The notes under the pieces were generated by a model that did not search any database, had not been told where the DNA came from, and saw only the letters and a list, made by a program, of their open reading frames with translations. The position numbers were made by a program, and so were the translations under genes. A stretch of DNA of 64,000 bases, from positions 11,707-75,706 of the forward strand of contig CAWIQD010000013.1 of the NCBI GenBank assembly GCA_963837945.1. The letters are read 5' to 3'. Source of the DNA: an uncultured Acidobacteriota bacterium (GTDB lineage: Bacteria; Acidobacteriota; Thermoanaerobaculia; Multivoradales; DATKCC01). Shown one piece after another: positions 26,533 to 37,516 of this stretch. How positions within the stretch are numbered: position 1 is the stretch's first letter; every line of letters begins with the position of its first letter.

Positions 26533-29500
26533 CTACCGGTCCTTTTTTCCGGTGAGGGGCTTGACGAAGAGGCCGTCCTCGCGCCGGAACCCAGCGCCGG
26601 TGTAGAGGGCGTCGTTGGTGGCCGAGTCGCTTCCGGCCGGGGTCACTTTGACCTGGTGGTATCCATCGCGAGCGAGCGTCTCGAGCAGCTTCGTCAGGAA
26701 CTCCTCGCCGATGCCCAGCCCCCAGAGGCCGGGGGCGACGAAGAAATCGCGGCCGTGGTCCCAGGTCGCCACCTTTCCGGAGTCCGAGGTTTCCAGGATC
26801 TCGACCAAACCGGCGTGGAGATCGCCTCGCCCCGACGGCATGGGCAGGAAGAACCCATAGAGCCGGGTGCCCGAGGGTGGAACTTTGTCGCCGCGCGCCT
26901 TGCGAGCCTCCAGCTCGACCTTCCAGCAGGTGCTCGCGTGGCCCCCGGAAGCCTTGCCATGCAAGGGCTTGACGGAGCCCTTGGAAAGGTCCCAGCCGAG
27001 CCCGAAGGCTTCCGCCATGAACCTCGTGAACTCCTGCGAGTGGAACGGCGCGAGCCAGGGCCACCAACCGCGGAAGGTCGGAGAGGACGCCCAGGCGCCG
27101 AAGCGGTTCAACCAGCCCATGTACCGCGGGTTGCTCGGCGCCCAGTCGTCTTTCCCGAAGCCGGTCCGCAGACAGACGGCCTCCATGATCCGGACGGCCT
27201 CGCGCACCGCGGGAAGGGCGGCGAGCACGTCTTTCTTCGACGCGCGGGCGGCGACTCGGTCGTCCCCGAACCGGATCGAGACCTCGCGGCGGAGCCTCTC
27301 GAGCCCGGGCGCCTCGAGCCGGTCGCCGAGGCGGACCCACGCCGCGTTGAGCTCCTCGATCACGGGCTCTTCCTCGGGCAGCGGGGGCCAGCTGTAGCGG
27401 GCCCGGAGGAAGAGCCGGGCGCAACTCGGCGACTTCCCCTTCAGGTTCGCGACCAGGCTTTCGACCGGCTCGAAGGCCTCCTCGACCACGTGCTCGCCCA
27501 GGCGGCGGTACGACTCCCACTGGGCTTCGTCGTAGAACTGGTCGATGGTGGTTTCATGGGGGAAGCGGAGGTTGCGGCGGGCGTACTGAGCGATGTCGGC
27601 CGGCTCGTCGCCGGTCAGCGTGGGCTTGACGTAGAGGAGGATTCCGACATCTCCCTTCCCGCCCGGCGCTGCGGGGGGATAGTAGATGTCTCCGGCCACC
27701 ATCGGCTGGCGCGAGAGGCCGTCCCGGCCCGACCCCGGGCGCAGCGGCGAGACGTCGATCTTGATCTCGATGCCGAAGTCCTCGCGCACCCGTCGCACGG
27801 CGTTTCCGAAGTCGTCGAACGCGCGCTCCGGATCGGCGCCGCAATCGGAAAGCAGGATGAAGCGGCAGTGCCGGCGGACGAGCTCGTAGAGCGCCAGGTT
27901 CTCGAAGTGGGCGCCGTCGGAGAGATAGACCCAGGGCCCGGTCGCATGGGAGAGGCCGAGGAGCTCCTGGAGGAAGAGGTACCCCGGAGCCCGGCCCCGG
28001 CGGTCCGCATCGGGGTGGGCGAGCCAGAGCCCGAGGCGCAGCCCCAGAGCGGTGAGCAGGAAGGTCACCGCCTGGCCGAAGCGCATCGAGAGCTGGCCCA
28101 TGTGGGAGTTGAAGGCCGCACCGGAAGCGGTGATCGCGCTCCCCAGGGTCGGGCGCTCCGCGCCCTCGACCCAGGGGCGCCAGCGGTCGCCGACCTGGAA
28201 CCCCAGCTTCGACAGAACGGCGCTCGCCGCCCCGCGGTGGAAACTGCCGAGGGGATCGCCCGCCAGGTCGTTCGCGGCGCAGCAGACCAGGTGGAGCGGC
28301 CGGCCCTCGGCCAGGTCGGTGAGCGCGACGTCATCGTGCTCGCACTCCTCGGTCGCGCGCGTGTACCTCGGAGAGTTGGAAGCCCCAAGGTAGGCGCGCA
28401 CCAGGCGGCTGCGGTAGAAGGAGTGGAAGCCGATCTCGTGCGGGTCGACCGTCAGGCTGAAGAGCAGGCCGATGCTGGCGGCGATCGCAGCGCCCCCGGC
28501 GCCCCAGGGCCCCGCGGCGTGGGTGAGGAGCACCAGGCCGCTCACCACCGTGGCGACCGCCGCGCCGAGCGTCAGGTAGGCAAGCGCCTGGAGGACCCAC
28601 CGCTTGCCGAGCACGCTCAGCCGGCCACCGCTCGGCTTGCTCGCTTGCCCCGACAGGAGACGCCGCACCCAGGTGAAGACGCCGCCACCGGCGGTGCTCA
28701 CCCCGGCGGCGCTCAGGACGCCGGCCGGCCCGCCGCCGGCCAGGAGCTGGCCGAGGATCCAGACCGCTCCCACCACCGCCCAGGCGGCGGCGCAGAGCAC
28801 CATCCGGGCGAGGACCCGGTCTCGGGCTCCGCGGTGGCTGCGCGCGGCAGGAGGGAGCCCGGCCCGAACGCTGAAGAGCCTGCGGCTGATCACGATCAGG
28901 AGCACCGTCACCAGCCAGGCCACGACCGGCAGCAGCACCGCCCCGGCGCCCACCCCGAGGCCCTGCGCCTGGAGCGGGCAGAGCAGGAGCCAGGCCGGTA
29001 GCGCGAAGCCCCAGAGGAAGGACCAGACCGCCCCGGCGACGAGGGCCGTGAGGATCGCGTAGGCGAAGAAGGTGCCGGCGGCTCGGTTCGCCGGCTCCTC
29101 CCCGCGATGCCACCAGAGGTGCTCGAAAAACCACTGCACGCCGAACGTCGCGAGGGCGAGGATGAGGCCGCTGAGCGGCGCCAGGCCCCGGACGAGAAGG
29201 AGGCGGCCCGGACGTTCCCAGACCAGCAACCAGTCGAGAGACCACCAGGCGAGGAGCAGGACGACGAGGACCGCCACCGCCGTCGCGATGCAGGGCAGCA
29301 CGCCGCCCACCAGGGCGGTGACCAGGCGGCCGGTCTCGGTGCTCAAGAGCTGCAGGCGCGGGCGCAGGAAGTTGCCGAACTCGCGAAGGTGGCGGACCTC
29401 CGGCGGCTCGGGACGGTCGCGCGTCGGCCCGTCCTGCGGGAAGAGCTCGCCCGGTCGCCGGCCCTCGCGCGACCTCCAGGCACTCCAGAAGCCTCCGATA

Positions 29501-29859
29501 TAGCCACCGCCGGAGACGGTCGCGAGGTAGTGGAAGCAGGCGAGCAGCCCCTTGCGGTGAAGCTCCTGCAGGAGCCCGAGGTTGAACGTGGCGCTGCGGA
29601 TCCCGCCCCCCGACAGCGCGAGGCCGAAGAGGTCGCGAGCCGGCGCCTCGCGTCGCCACTCCGGCGGTCGGGGTGCCTCAGCGGCCTCGGGCTCCCGCGG
29701 CACGTCCTCCCCGGCGCCTACGGGAAAGAGACAGCCTCGAAGCTTGCGCCAGCGGCCGACCCTCGCCTTGGGTCGGGGACCGGCAGCAGGCCTCTCGAGC
29801 TCCCCGAGGTCCTCGAGCTCCCTCTTGACGAGCTTCCCCCAGGGTCGGCCCGCGCTCAC
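26533..29859 (-). CDS. Membrane-embedded patatin-like phospholipase fused to a C-terminal GNAT domain (1108 aa)
   Basis: LSGGGIRS (oxyanion hole) and ATVSGGGY (nucleophile) come first. About 8 TM helices follow, then YLSDGAHFENL (the Asp box). The C-terminal end carries GLWGLGIGEEFL...NDALYTGAGF (GNAT motif A). GTG 29859 overlaps the upstream stop; GTG at codon 53 is the alternative start. Confidence 0.8.
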   Translation of the reverse strand: MSAGRPWGKLVKRELEDLGELERPAAGPRPKARVGRWRKLRGCLFPVGAGEDVPREPEAAEAPRPPEWRREAPARDLFGLALSGGGIRSATFNLGLLQELHRKGLLACFHYLATVSGGGYIGGFWSAWRSREGRRPGELFPQDGPTRDRPEPPEVRHLREFGNFLRPRLQLLSTETGRLVTALVGGVLPCIATAVAVLVVLLLAWWSLDWLLVWERPGRLLLVRGLAPLSGLILALATFGVQWFFEHLWWHRGEEPANRAAGTFFAYAILTALVAGAVWSFLWGFALPAWLLLCPLQAQGLGVGAGAVLLPVVAWLVTVLLIVISRRLFSVRAGLPPAARSHRGARDRVLARMVLCAAAWAVVGAVWILGQLLAGGGPAGVLSAAGVSTAGGGVFTWVRRLLSGQASKPSGGRLSVLGKRWVLQALAYLTLGAAVATVVSGLVLLTHAAGPWGAGGAAIAASIGLLFSLTVDPHEIGFHSFYRSRLVRAYLGASNSPRYTRATEECEHDDVALTDLAEGRPLHLVCCAANDLAGDPLGSFHRGAASAVLSKLGFQVGDRWRPWVEGAERPTLGSAITASGAAFNSHMGQLSMRFGQAVTFLLTALGLRLGLWLAHPDADRRGRAPGYLFLQELLGLSHATGPWVYLSDGAHFENLALYELVRRHCRFILLSDCGADPERAFDDFGNAVRRVREDFGIEIKIDVSPLRPGSGRDGLSRQPMVAGDIYYPPAAPGGKGDVGILLYVKPTLTGDEPADIAQYARRNLRFPHETTIDQFYDEAQWESYRRLGEHVVEEAFEPVESLVANLKGKSPSCARLFLRARYSWPPLPEEEPVIEELNAAWVRLGDRLEAPGLERLRREVSIRFGDDRVAARASKKDVLAALPAVREAVRIMEAVCLRTGFGKDDWAPSNPRYMGWLNRFGAWASSPTFRGWWPWLAPFHSQEFTRFMAEAFGLGWDLSKGSVKPLHGKASGGHASTCWKVELEARKARGDKVPPSGTRLYGFFLPMPSGRGDLHAGLVEILETSDSGKVATWDHGRDFFVAPGLWGLGIGEEFLTKLLETLARDGYHQVKVTPAGSDSATNDALYTGAGFRREDGLFVKPLTGKKDR

Positions 29860-31151
29860 GGCTGCCCTCCCCAGCCGCTCGAGTCGGGCATCTGGCAGGC
29901 GAAGACGCCGGAGTCGAAGACCTGGCCGAGCACCACAATGTCGGCGGACGACCGCGGCGTGCCCCTGAGCCGAAGGGCCACCGAGGCCGCGCTGATCAGG
30001 CCGCCTTCGTCCCGGAGGATCCGGCGGCGCAGCGAGGCGCCGTCCACCACCGAGACCTCGACGACCTCGGAGGGCGACGGCACCTCCGGCGCCTGCATGT
30101 GCTGGAGGAAGCGCCGGAGGTCCGGGTGCGCCGCCGCGAGGAGCCGGGTCTTTTCCGCATTCGCCCAGGTCAGGTTGTCGGGGTTGGTCTTCCCCGGCAT
30201 CTCGATCACCCGCGAAACGAGGAGGGCCCCGTCGGCCGTCACGTCGAAGACGTGGATCGCACCGCCCGCCCCGGCGGCCACGTAGAGGCGGTCCGAACAT
30301 CCTCCGCGGACGGCGCCGGAGGAGGCTGCGGGGCAGGCTCGATAGGCGATCCCGTTCGCTTCCGGGATCTTCGGGTGCTCGCCGCCGGCGGCGACGATCG
30401 GCGCGGTCTTCCACGTGCCGCGGCACCGGCCGTCGGATCTCGCGACGCAGTCGAAGTGGTCGATCTTCGAGCTCGGCCGGAGGCCGGTGGCATCGAGCAG
30501 AGTGGCCAGCTTGCCCCGGGGCGGGTCGGTCACCCACAGGTCGCCGTCGGGGAGGGCCACGAGGTCGTTGGCGTGGGTGAGGATCGCGGGGTCGGCGAGG
30601 CGCTGGAGGAACTCCAGCCGGTACCTCCCGACCCGAAAGACCTCGACGCTCGTGATCGGTCCGCTGCCGACGCCGCGCAGGCCGGCCGCCGAGAAGCAAC
30701 CACGTTTCGGTTCCCGGTCAGCGGCGTCGTGGTGGTTGATCACGTAGAGAAGCCAGGAGCCCACGTTGCCGTTCTCGTCCTTCGCCTGGACCAGGTCGAT
30801 GCCGTGGGGATGGAAGGAGCAGTCGTCGCGACCGACGAGGGCGAGCTCGTGCGCCGTACCATCATTTTTCAGAGGCACCGACCAGATCCCGCCTCGTGGC
30901 TCAGGCTCAGTGCGCCGGTCCTGGGACGAGACGAGGAGCCGCTCGTCGGCCTGGTCGAACACCAGATCCTCGGGCCCCACGACGGAGGGAGCGAGGTTCC
31001 AGCAGGCAGGCGGCGGTGCGGGGTCGCAGGCTGCTCCGGGCCGCGTGCATGCCAGGGCCTGGGCGGCGAAGACGCCCACCAGGACGAACGCGAGAATCCC
31101 TCTCCACCCCTCGCGGGAACGCCGAGTGCTACGCGACGCAGCCGGGCTCAT
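29856..31151 (-). CDS. Paraoxonase/arylesterase (PON)-like six-bladed propeller, secreted or anchored
   Basis: Motifs FHPHGID, LYVINHH, SVEVFRV, HANDLV, ANGIAY, PDNLTW, PSEVVEV and VLGQVF...C occur in order, colinear with the arylesterase family. An N-terminal hydrophobic anchor is present, and a GGAGG SD precedes the ATG at 31151. Confidence 0.75.
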   Translation of the reverse strand: MSPAASRSTRRSREGWRGILAFVLVGVFAAQALACTRPGAACDPAPPPACWNLAPSVVGPEDLVFDQADERLLVSSQDRRTEPEPRGGIWSVPLKNDGTAHELALVGRDDCSFHPHGIDLVQAKDENGNVGSWLLYVINHHDAADREPKRGCFSAAGLRGVGSGPITSVEVFRVGRYRLEFLQRLADPAILTHANDLVALPDGDLWVTDPPRGKLATLLDATGLRPSSKIDHFDCVARSDGRCRGTWKTAPIVAAGGEHPKIPEANGIAYRACPAASSGAVRGGCSDRLYVAAGAGGAIHVFDVTADGALLVSRVIEMPGKTNPDNLTWANAEKTRLLAAAHPDLRRFLQHMQAPEVPSPSEVVEVSVVDGASLRRRILRDEGGLISAASVALRLRGTPRSSADIVVLGQVFDSGVFACQMPDSSGWGGQP

Positions 31152-31361
31152 GAAGCCTCCGTGGCGGGCTTTCGAGGTGACCGGGCAGCGGTCCCCAAAG
31201 CCCGCCTGCGCCACCTTGGACGGACCCGCCCAGCGAATTCCAACGTCTTCGTGATCGGGCGAATCACTTCCGCTTCTCCGATCCCCGGGTCAACGAGGCC
31301 CAGGTTGCGGCGGCGGGCGGTCCGATGGCACGATCGGCCGCCGAAGGGAGGCTCGCCGATC

Positions 31362-31963
31362 ATGGACGACGACAGGACAGGGCTCGATTCGAGCTCGGTC
31401 GGGGACCCGGCGCGCTACCGAGCGCTGGAGGAGCTGGAGCGGAGCTTCGCCGCCTACGGCCGCGGGCCGCGGGACGAGGGCCGGGTGGCGCTCATCGTGC
31501 GCAAGGCCGAGGGCGGCCGCCGCGAGACGCCGGAGCGGGTGGTCCTGACGCCCGAGGACGGGGTGCCGGGAGACGCCTGGGGGCGCTGGCGCTCGCCCAA
31601 CCCCGAAACCCAGCTCGCGGTCATGGAGCTCGGCGTCGCGGAGCTGGTCGCGAACGCCCAGCCGCTGGCCCTCTCCGGCGACAACCTGGTCCTCGACCTC
31701 GACCTGTCGGCGGAGAACCTGCCGCCCGGCAGCCGGCTCCGCGCCGGCGCGGCGCACCCTCGAGGTCACGCCCAAGCCCCCACACCGGCTGCAAGAAGTT
31801 CCACGCCCGCTTCGGGGCCGACGCCCTGCGCTTCGTCTCGCGGCCGGACCTGCGCCAACGCAACCTACGCGGCATCTACCTGCGCGTGGTCGAGGCCGGT
31901 GAGGTCGCGGTGGGCGATCCGGTGGCCGTGGTCTCCCGGCCGGCGGCCATCGCCGGCAAGTAG
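31362..31963 (+). pseudogene. MOSC-domain protein, disrupted by two +1 insertions in C-runs
   Basis: The N-part runs in the frame of ATG 31362 up to ...SRLRAGAA. LEVTPKP is in the +1 frame (31759-31779). HTGCKKFHARFGADALRFV...GDPVAVV is in the +2 frame, ending at 31963. The extra C residues are near 31757-31760 and 31777-31780. Confidence 0.75.
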
Positions 31964-32010
31964 GCCGGGCCGAGGGGCCGGTGTCGGGGAGGGTTTGCAG
32001 GCTCCCGAAC

Positions 32011-32049
32011 CGTTCGGCCGGCCGAGACGGAGCTCGGCCGCTTCATGGG
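32011..32049. repeat. REP-like family A copy
   Basis: The sequence is CGTTCGGCCGGCCGAGACGGAGCTCGGCCGCTTCATGGG. It is followed by family C-like sequence up to about 32290. Confidence 0.8.
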
Positions 32050-32290
32050 CCTGTTGCGGTGGGCGAAGGTGATGCCGGTTGAAGGGGTCCCTCCCGCCCA
32101 AACGGGCAACCCCGAGGAGTCCGACCCCGGAGGGCCGGGAGCCCCGATCCGGGGACGTCGTGGACCGCGCACTCGAAGGCTTGCTGGAGTGCGATCCCGC
32201 CCAAGCGCGGGCCACGCCGAGGCGCGACTCCTGCGCGCCACCGTCCGACCGAGTCGCGCCGGTCCCCAGGGCGGGGCTCCCGGCCCGGCC

Positions 32291-33172
32291 CTACCGCCCG
32301 TCGCCGCCCGGCTTCTTCTTGCCGAACAGGCGGCCGAAGGGGCTGTCGGAGTCCTGGTCCTCGCCCTCGGGCATCATCTGGGTCTCGGTGTAGCCCTTGG
32401 GGATCTCGAACGTCGTGTCCGGCACGCCGGTCGTCTCGAGCTGGGTGACCACCGTCTCCTGGGTCGTGGTCGTCTCCCGCTTGCCCTTCTGTCCCGTCGT
32501 CTTCGACACCGCCCGGGTCTTGAGCGGGAAGCCCTGGATCTGGGACATCTGGCTCGAGATCAGCTTGTCGATCTGCTCGTTGCCGGTCGCCGGCGGCTCG
32601 TTGCGCAGCCACACCCCGAGGCCGGCATCGCCGAAGGAGTCCGTGGTCCAGAGGTCCTGGACGGTCTCGACGCTGTTCTCGCGGTGCATCCCCAGCACCT
32701 TGATCTTGATCGTGTAGCTCGTCCGGTACTGGTAGTGGGTCGTGGGGTAGCCGAGGAGCGATCCGCCGTCCTCCTGGGCGAGCTTCTCCACCTGCGGGTC
32801 GGAGAAATCGAGGTTGACCAGCCCCTTCATGCCCTCCATCACGCTGCCGAACATCGCGAGCATGCCCTCGAGGTCCCACTTGGCGTAAGTCTTCTCCCCC
32901 GGGTTCACGAGGTAGAGGGTCTTGCCGCCGTCCTGGGTGAGCAGGTAGTCGTTGGCCTCGAGCATGGGCTGGTCGCTCTCCACGAACTCCACCTTGGCCC
33001 GCGGGCCGTCGACCCAGGCCTCGACCTTGGTGGCCTGGGCCTTGCCGTTCTCCGGGGTCGTCGTGGTGTCGGCCTTGTAGTGGAGGCCGGCGTGGGCCGC
33101 GGGGGCGGCGACCAGGGCGGCGAAGAGGGCGAGGGCTGCGATCGGGGCGAAAGACGAGCGACGAAGATTCAT
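32291..33172 (-). CDS. Secreted protein of unknown function (DUF4412-like, tentative)
   Basis: Signal peptide MNLRRSSFAPIAALALFAALVAAPAAHA. The body is a coherent beta-rich sequence with a Lys/Gly tail. The family name is recalled from memory only. Confidence 0.7.
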   Translation of the reverse strand: MNLRRSSFAPIAALALFAALVAAPAAHAGLHYKADTTTTPENGKAQATKVEAWVDGPRAKVEFVESDQPMLEANDYLLTQDGGKTLYLVNPGEKTYAKWDLEGMLAMFGSVMEGMKGLVNLDFSDPQVEKLAQEDGGSLLGYPTTHYQYRTSYTIKIKVLGMHRENSVETVQDLWTTDSFGDAGLGVWLRNEPPATGNEQIDKLISSQMSQIQGFPLKTRAVSKTTGQKGKRETTTTQETVVTQLETTGVPDTTFEIPKGYTETQMMPEGEDQDSDSPFGRLFGKKKPGGDGR

Positions 33173-33309
33173 GGCGTAGAGACTCCTTCTCGGCGTGTGA
33201 GATCCCGCGCCGGGACGGCTCGCCTCGGCCGCCGTGGGCGCTCGGTGCCTACAGAATCGCATAGCCCCGGACTCTCCGCAAGGAAGCACCGCCGGGCCCC
33301 ACCCGGTTC

Positions 33310-34251
<942 letters not shown>

Positions 34252-34361
34252 TCACGGCCCGGGAATGGCCGGGGCGGCCGGAGCGTTACCTGGACGGCTG
34301 CCCCCTCCTTCCGCGGGCCGACGCCCCGGACCCCTCCGACACCCCACGCCCGACCCCGACG

Positions 34362-36167
34362 ATGGCTTCCACCACTCGAGACGACCTGCGCAACCTGGCG
34401 ATCATCGCCCACGTCGACCACGGCAAGACGACCCTGGTCGACGCCATGCTCCGTCAAGGCGGCGCCTTTCGCGAGCACCAGGAGGTGGTCGAGCGGGTGA
34501 TGGACTCGATCGACCTCGAGCGCGAGCGGGGGATCACGATCATGGCCAAGAACACGGCCGTGACCTGGAACGGCGCGCGGATCAACATCGTCGACACGCC
34601 GGGGCACGCCGATTTCGGCGGCGAGGTGGAGCGCATCCTCGAGATGGTCGACGGCGTGCTGCTCCTGGTCGACGCCGCCGAGGGACCGCTGCCCCAGACC
34701 CGCTTCGTGCTCCGCAAGGCGCTCGAGGCCGGCCTGCCGCCGATCCTCGTGGTCAACAAGATCGACCGCTCCGACGCCCGGCCGGCCGAGGTGCTCGACG
34801 AGATCTACGACCTCTTCATCGACCTCGACGCGAACGAGGAGCAGCTCGGCTTCCCGGTCCTCTACACCAACGCCAGGCGGGGCCTGTGCCGGACCGAGCC
34901 GGACGGCCCCGACTGCACCCTGGCGCCGCTCTTCGAAGAGATCCTACGCACCGTGCCGCCGCCGGCCTACGACCCGGCCGCGCCGCTCCAGCTCCACGTC
35001 ACCAACCTCGACTGGGACGACTACGTCGGCCGCCTCGCGATCGGACGGATCGTCGAGGGCCGCATCGCCAAGGGCCAGGACGTGGTCCTCGTGCGCCCCG
35101 ACTCCGAGCCGCGCCCGGCGCGGGTGACCAACCTCTACGGCTTCCAGGGGCTCGACCGGGTCGAGATCGCCGACGCCGGCCCCGGCGACATCGTCGCTCT
35201 CACCGGGCCGCAGGAGATCTGGATCGGCGACACGGTGTGCGAGCCCGACGCCCCTCGGCCGCTCGCCGCGATCACCATCGACGAGCCGACCCTCGCGATG
35301 GTGATGTCGATCAACACCTCGCCCTTCGCCGGCCTCGAAGGCCGCTACGTGACCTCGCGCAAGCTCCGCGAGCGCCTGCTCAAGGAGACCCTGACCAACG
35401 TCTCGATCCGGGTCACCGAGACCGGCTCGCCCGACGCCTTCGAGGTCAACGGCCGCGGCGAGCTCCAGCTCGCGATCCTGATCGAGATGATGCGCCGCGA
35501 GGGCTACGAGCTCTCGGTGGGCCGGCCGACGGTCGTCACCCGCGAGATCGGCGGCCGCCTGCACGAGCCGGTCGAGCTGCTGATCGTCGACTGCCCGGAG
35601 GAGTTCGTGGGCGCCGTCACCCAGATGTCCGGCGAGCGCAAGGGGCGCATGATCCGGATGATCAACCACGGCTCGGGCCGGGTGCGCCTCGAGTTCCGCA
35701 TCCCGTCGCGCGGCCTGATCGGCTTCCGCACCCAGTTCCTGACCGACACCCGCGGCACCGGCATCATGAACCAGCTCTTCGACGCCTGGGAGCCCTGGCA
35801 GGGGGACATCCCGCGCCGGCCGACCGGCTCGATGGTCGCCGACCGCCGCGGCAAGGCGACCGGCTACGCGATCGAGAACCTCCAGCCCCGGGGCACCCTC
35901 TTCGTCGGCCCGACCGAGGAGGTCTACGAAGGGATGATCGTCGGCGAGCACAACCGGCCGGCGGATCTCGACGTCAACATCACGCGCGAGAAGCGGCTCA
36001 CCAACATGCGCGCCTCCTCGGCAGACGAGCTGATCCGCCTGGTGCCGCCCCGGCGCCTGTCGCTCGAGCAGGCGATCGAGTTCATCGCCGACGACGAGGT
36101 GGTCGAGGTCACGCCGGAGGCCTTCCGCATGCGCAAGAGGGTCCTCGCCGCCAACCGGAGGAAGTGA
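34362..36167 (+). CDS. typA: Translational GTPase TypA/BipA
   Basis: G1 [10 protein letters not shown]3 [14 protein letters not shown] and G4 NKIDR. The rest is full-length BipA-like sequence, 601 aa. Confidence 0.95.
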   Translation: MASTTRDDLRNLAIIAHVDHGKTTLVDAMLRQGGAFREHQEVVERVMDSIDLERERGITIMAKNTAVTWNGARINIVDTPGHADFGGEVERILEMVDGVLLLVDAAEGPLPQTRFVLRKALEAGLPPILVVNKIDRSDARPAEVLDEIYDLFIDLDANEEQLGFPVLYTNARRGLCRTEPDGPDCTLAPLFEEILRTVPPPAYDPAAPLQLHVTNLDWDDYVGRLAIGRIVEGRIAKGQDVVLVRPDSEPRPARVTNLYGFQGLDRVEIADAGPGDIVALTGPQEIWIGDTVCEPDAPRPLAAITIDEPTLAMVMSINTSPFAGLEGRYVTSRKLRERLLKETLTNVSIRVTETGSPDAFEVNGRGELQLAILIEMMRREGYELSVGRPTVVTREIGGRLHEPVELLIVDCPEEFVGAVTQMSGERKGRMIRMINHGSGRVRLEFRIPSRGLIGFRTQFLTDTRGTGIMNQLFDAWEPWQGDIPRRPTGSMVADRRGKATGYAIENLQPRGTLFVGPTEEVYEGMIVGEHNRPADLDVNITREKRLTNMRASSADELIRLVPPRRLSLEQAIEFIADDEVVEVTPEAFRMRKRVLAANRRK

Positions 36168-36280
36168 CGCCGCTGCCGTAGCGGACTCACGACGGAAGGG
36201 GGCGTCCCTTCCCACCTCGCGGCTGGGAGAGGGATCGAGGGGTCGAGGGTGAGCGGGGAGCGATCCGGTAGACTCGCGCC

Positions 36281-36775
36281 GTGCCCCCCGAGCAGCTCAG
36301 CCTGTTCGCGCGCCTCTTCGCCGAGCCGGCGGAGCGCTCCGCCCCCCCCGCTCCAACCCACGACCTCGAAGCGATCCGCGACCGGATCAACCACCGCTAC
36401 TTCGGCGGCCGCCTGGAGGTGGCGATCACCTGGAGCCGCTACGGGCGCCCGGCGCGCAAGCGCCGCCGCCGGCGCCTCGGTCGCCGCCGTTCCACCTTGA
36501 AGCTCGGAAGCTGGTCGTCGCACGAGCGCCTGATCCGGATCCACCCGGTGCTCGACCACCCGAGCGTGCCGGAGCTCGTGATCGCCTCCGTCGTCCACCA
36601 CGAGCTCCTGCACGCCGAGATGACCCCCGTGGTCGAGGCCGGCCGGCGCCGGCTCCACACCCCCGAGTTCCACCGCCGGGAGCGGGAGTTCGAGCACCAC
36701 GCCGAGGCCCGCCGCTGGATCCGCGAGCGCCTCACCGAGCTACTCGAGCGGCGCTCCGCGGCCGCCCGCTCCTGA
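36281..36775 (+). CDS. SprT-like / HExxH zinc metalloprotease-like protein
   Basis: VVHHELLHAE (HExxH) is followed by HTPEFHRREREF. The start is GTG, so it is uncertain. Confidence 0.6.
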   Translation: MPPEQLSLFARLFAEPAERSAPPAPTHDLEAIRDRINHRYFGGRLEVAITWSRYGRPARKRRRRRLGRRRSTLKLGSWSSHERLIRIHPVLDHPSVPELVIASVVHHELLHAEMTPVVEAGRRRLHTPEFHRREREFEHHAEARRWIRERLTELLERRSAAARS

Positions 36776-36851
36776 CCCGCGACGACATCGAGATCACGAT
36801 CCTCAACGCCATCCTCGCCAGATACCCTGGCGAGTGAAGATCGACGGACCC

Positions 36852-37406
36852 CTAGAACAAACCGACGAGGATGGGCGTGCCCGGTCGGGGGTCGTAGTTC
36901 TGGCGATTGCGGTCCGACTCGAGAGTGATGACCACCGCGTTGTAGGGCGACAGGTTGTTGTCGATCTTGAAGGTGCCCAGATAGGCATCGCGGTTGCCCA
37001 GCCGCTCGAGCACGCCGGTCGACAGGGCATAGGCGGCGTCATCGACCAGAGAGTCGATGTTGGCGTCGCCGAACGGAGTCCCGTACATTTCGTCGGCGTC
37101 GCTGACCGAGCTCAGACTTGCTCCGCCGGGTCCCCCCTCCAGACCGGGGTCGACCACCCAGCCCTCGAGCACGCTGCCCTTGGGCAGCTTGGCACCATTG
37201 AGTTTCACGAAGATGATCACCCTGCCCTTCTGAATCTGCAACCTTGCGGTTCCCGAGGCGTTCTCGAGCCCCACGTTCTCCGCCAGAGGAGTGGGCGCCA
37301 GCGATACCGTGAGGGGGGGGTTCTGCCCCTGAGAGAACATCGGGGCCGCGCCCAGGACGAGCAGAGACAATCCGAGGGTGATGGACAGTTTGTTGCGCAT
37401 GAGCAT
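36852..37406 (-). CDS. Secreted protein of unknown function (weak RskA C-terminal-domain-like pattern)
   Basis: Signal peptide MLMRNKLSITLGLSLLVLGAAPMFSQ. GC is locally lower. The ...GWVVD... and ...AVVITLESD... segments are reminiscent of the anti-sigma-K RskA C-domain. Confidence 0.65.
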   Translation of the reverse strand: MLMRNKLSITLGLSLLVLGAAPMFSQGQNPPLTVSLAPTPLAENVGLENASGTARLQIQKGRVIIFVKLNGAKLPKGSVLEGWVVDPGLEGGPGGASLSSVSDADEMYGTPFGDANIDSLVDDAAYALSTGVLERLGNRDAYLGTFKIDNNLSPYNAVVITLESDRNRQNYDPRPGTPILVGLF

Positions 37407-37516
37407 GACCTTTCTTTCAGTCGTTTTCCTTCGCGTAGACGCCTCGACGAGCTTGCGTCTGGGGTCTTTCCTCATTGGGACGCCAAGGTTTGGCGGCTGT
37501 TCCAATGCACCTTTCT

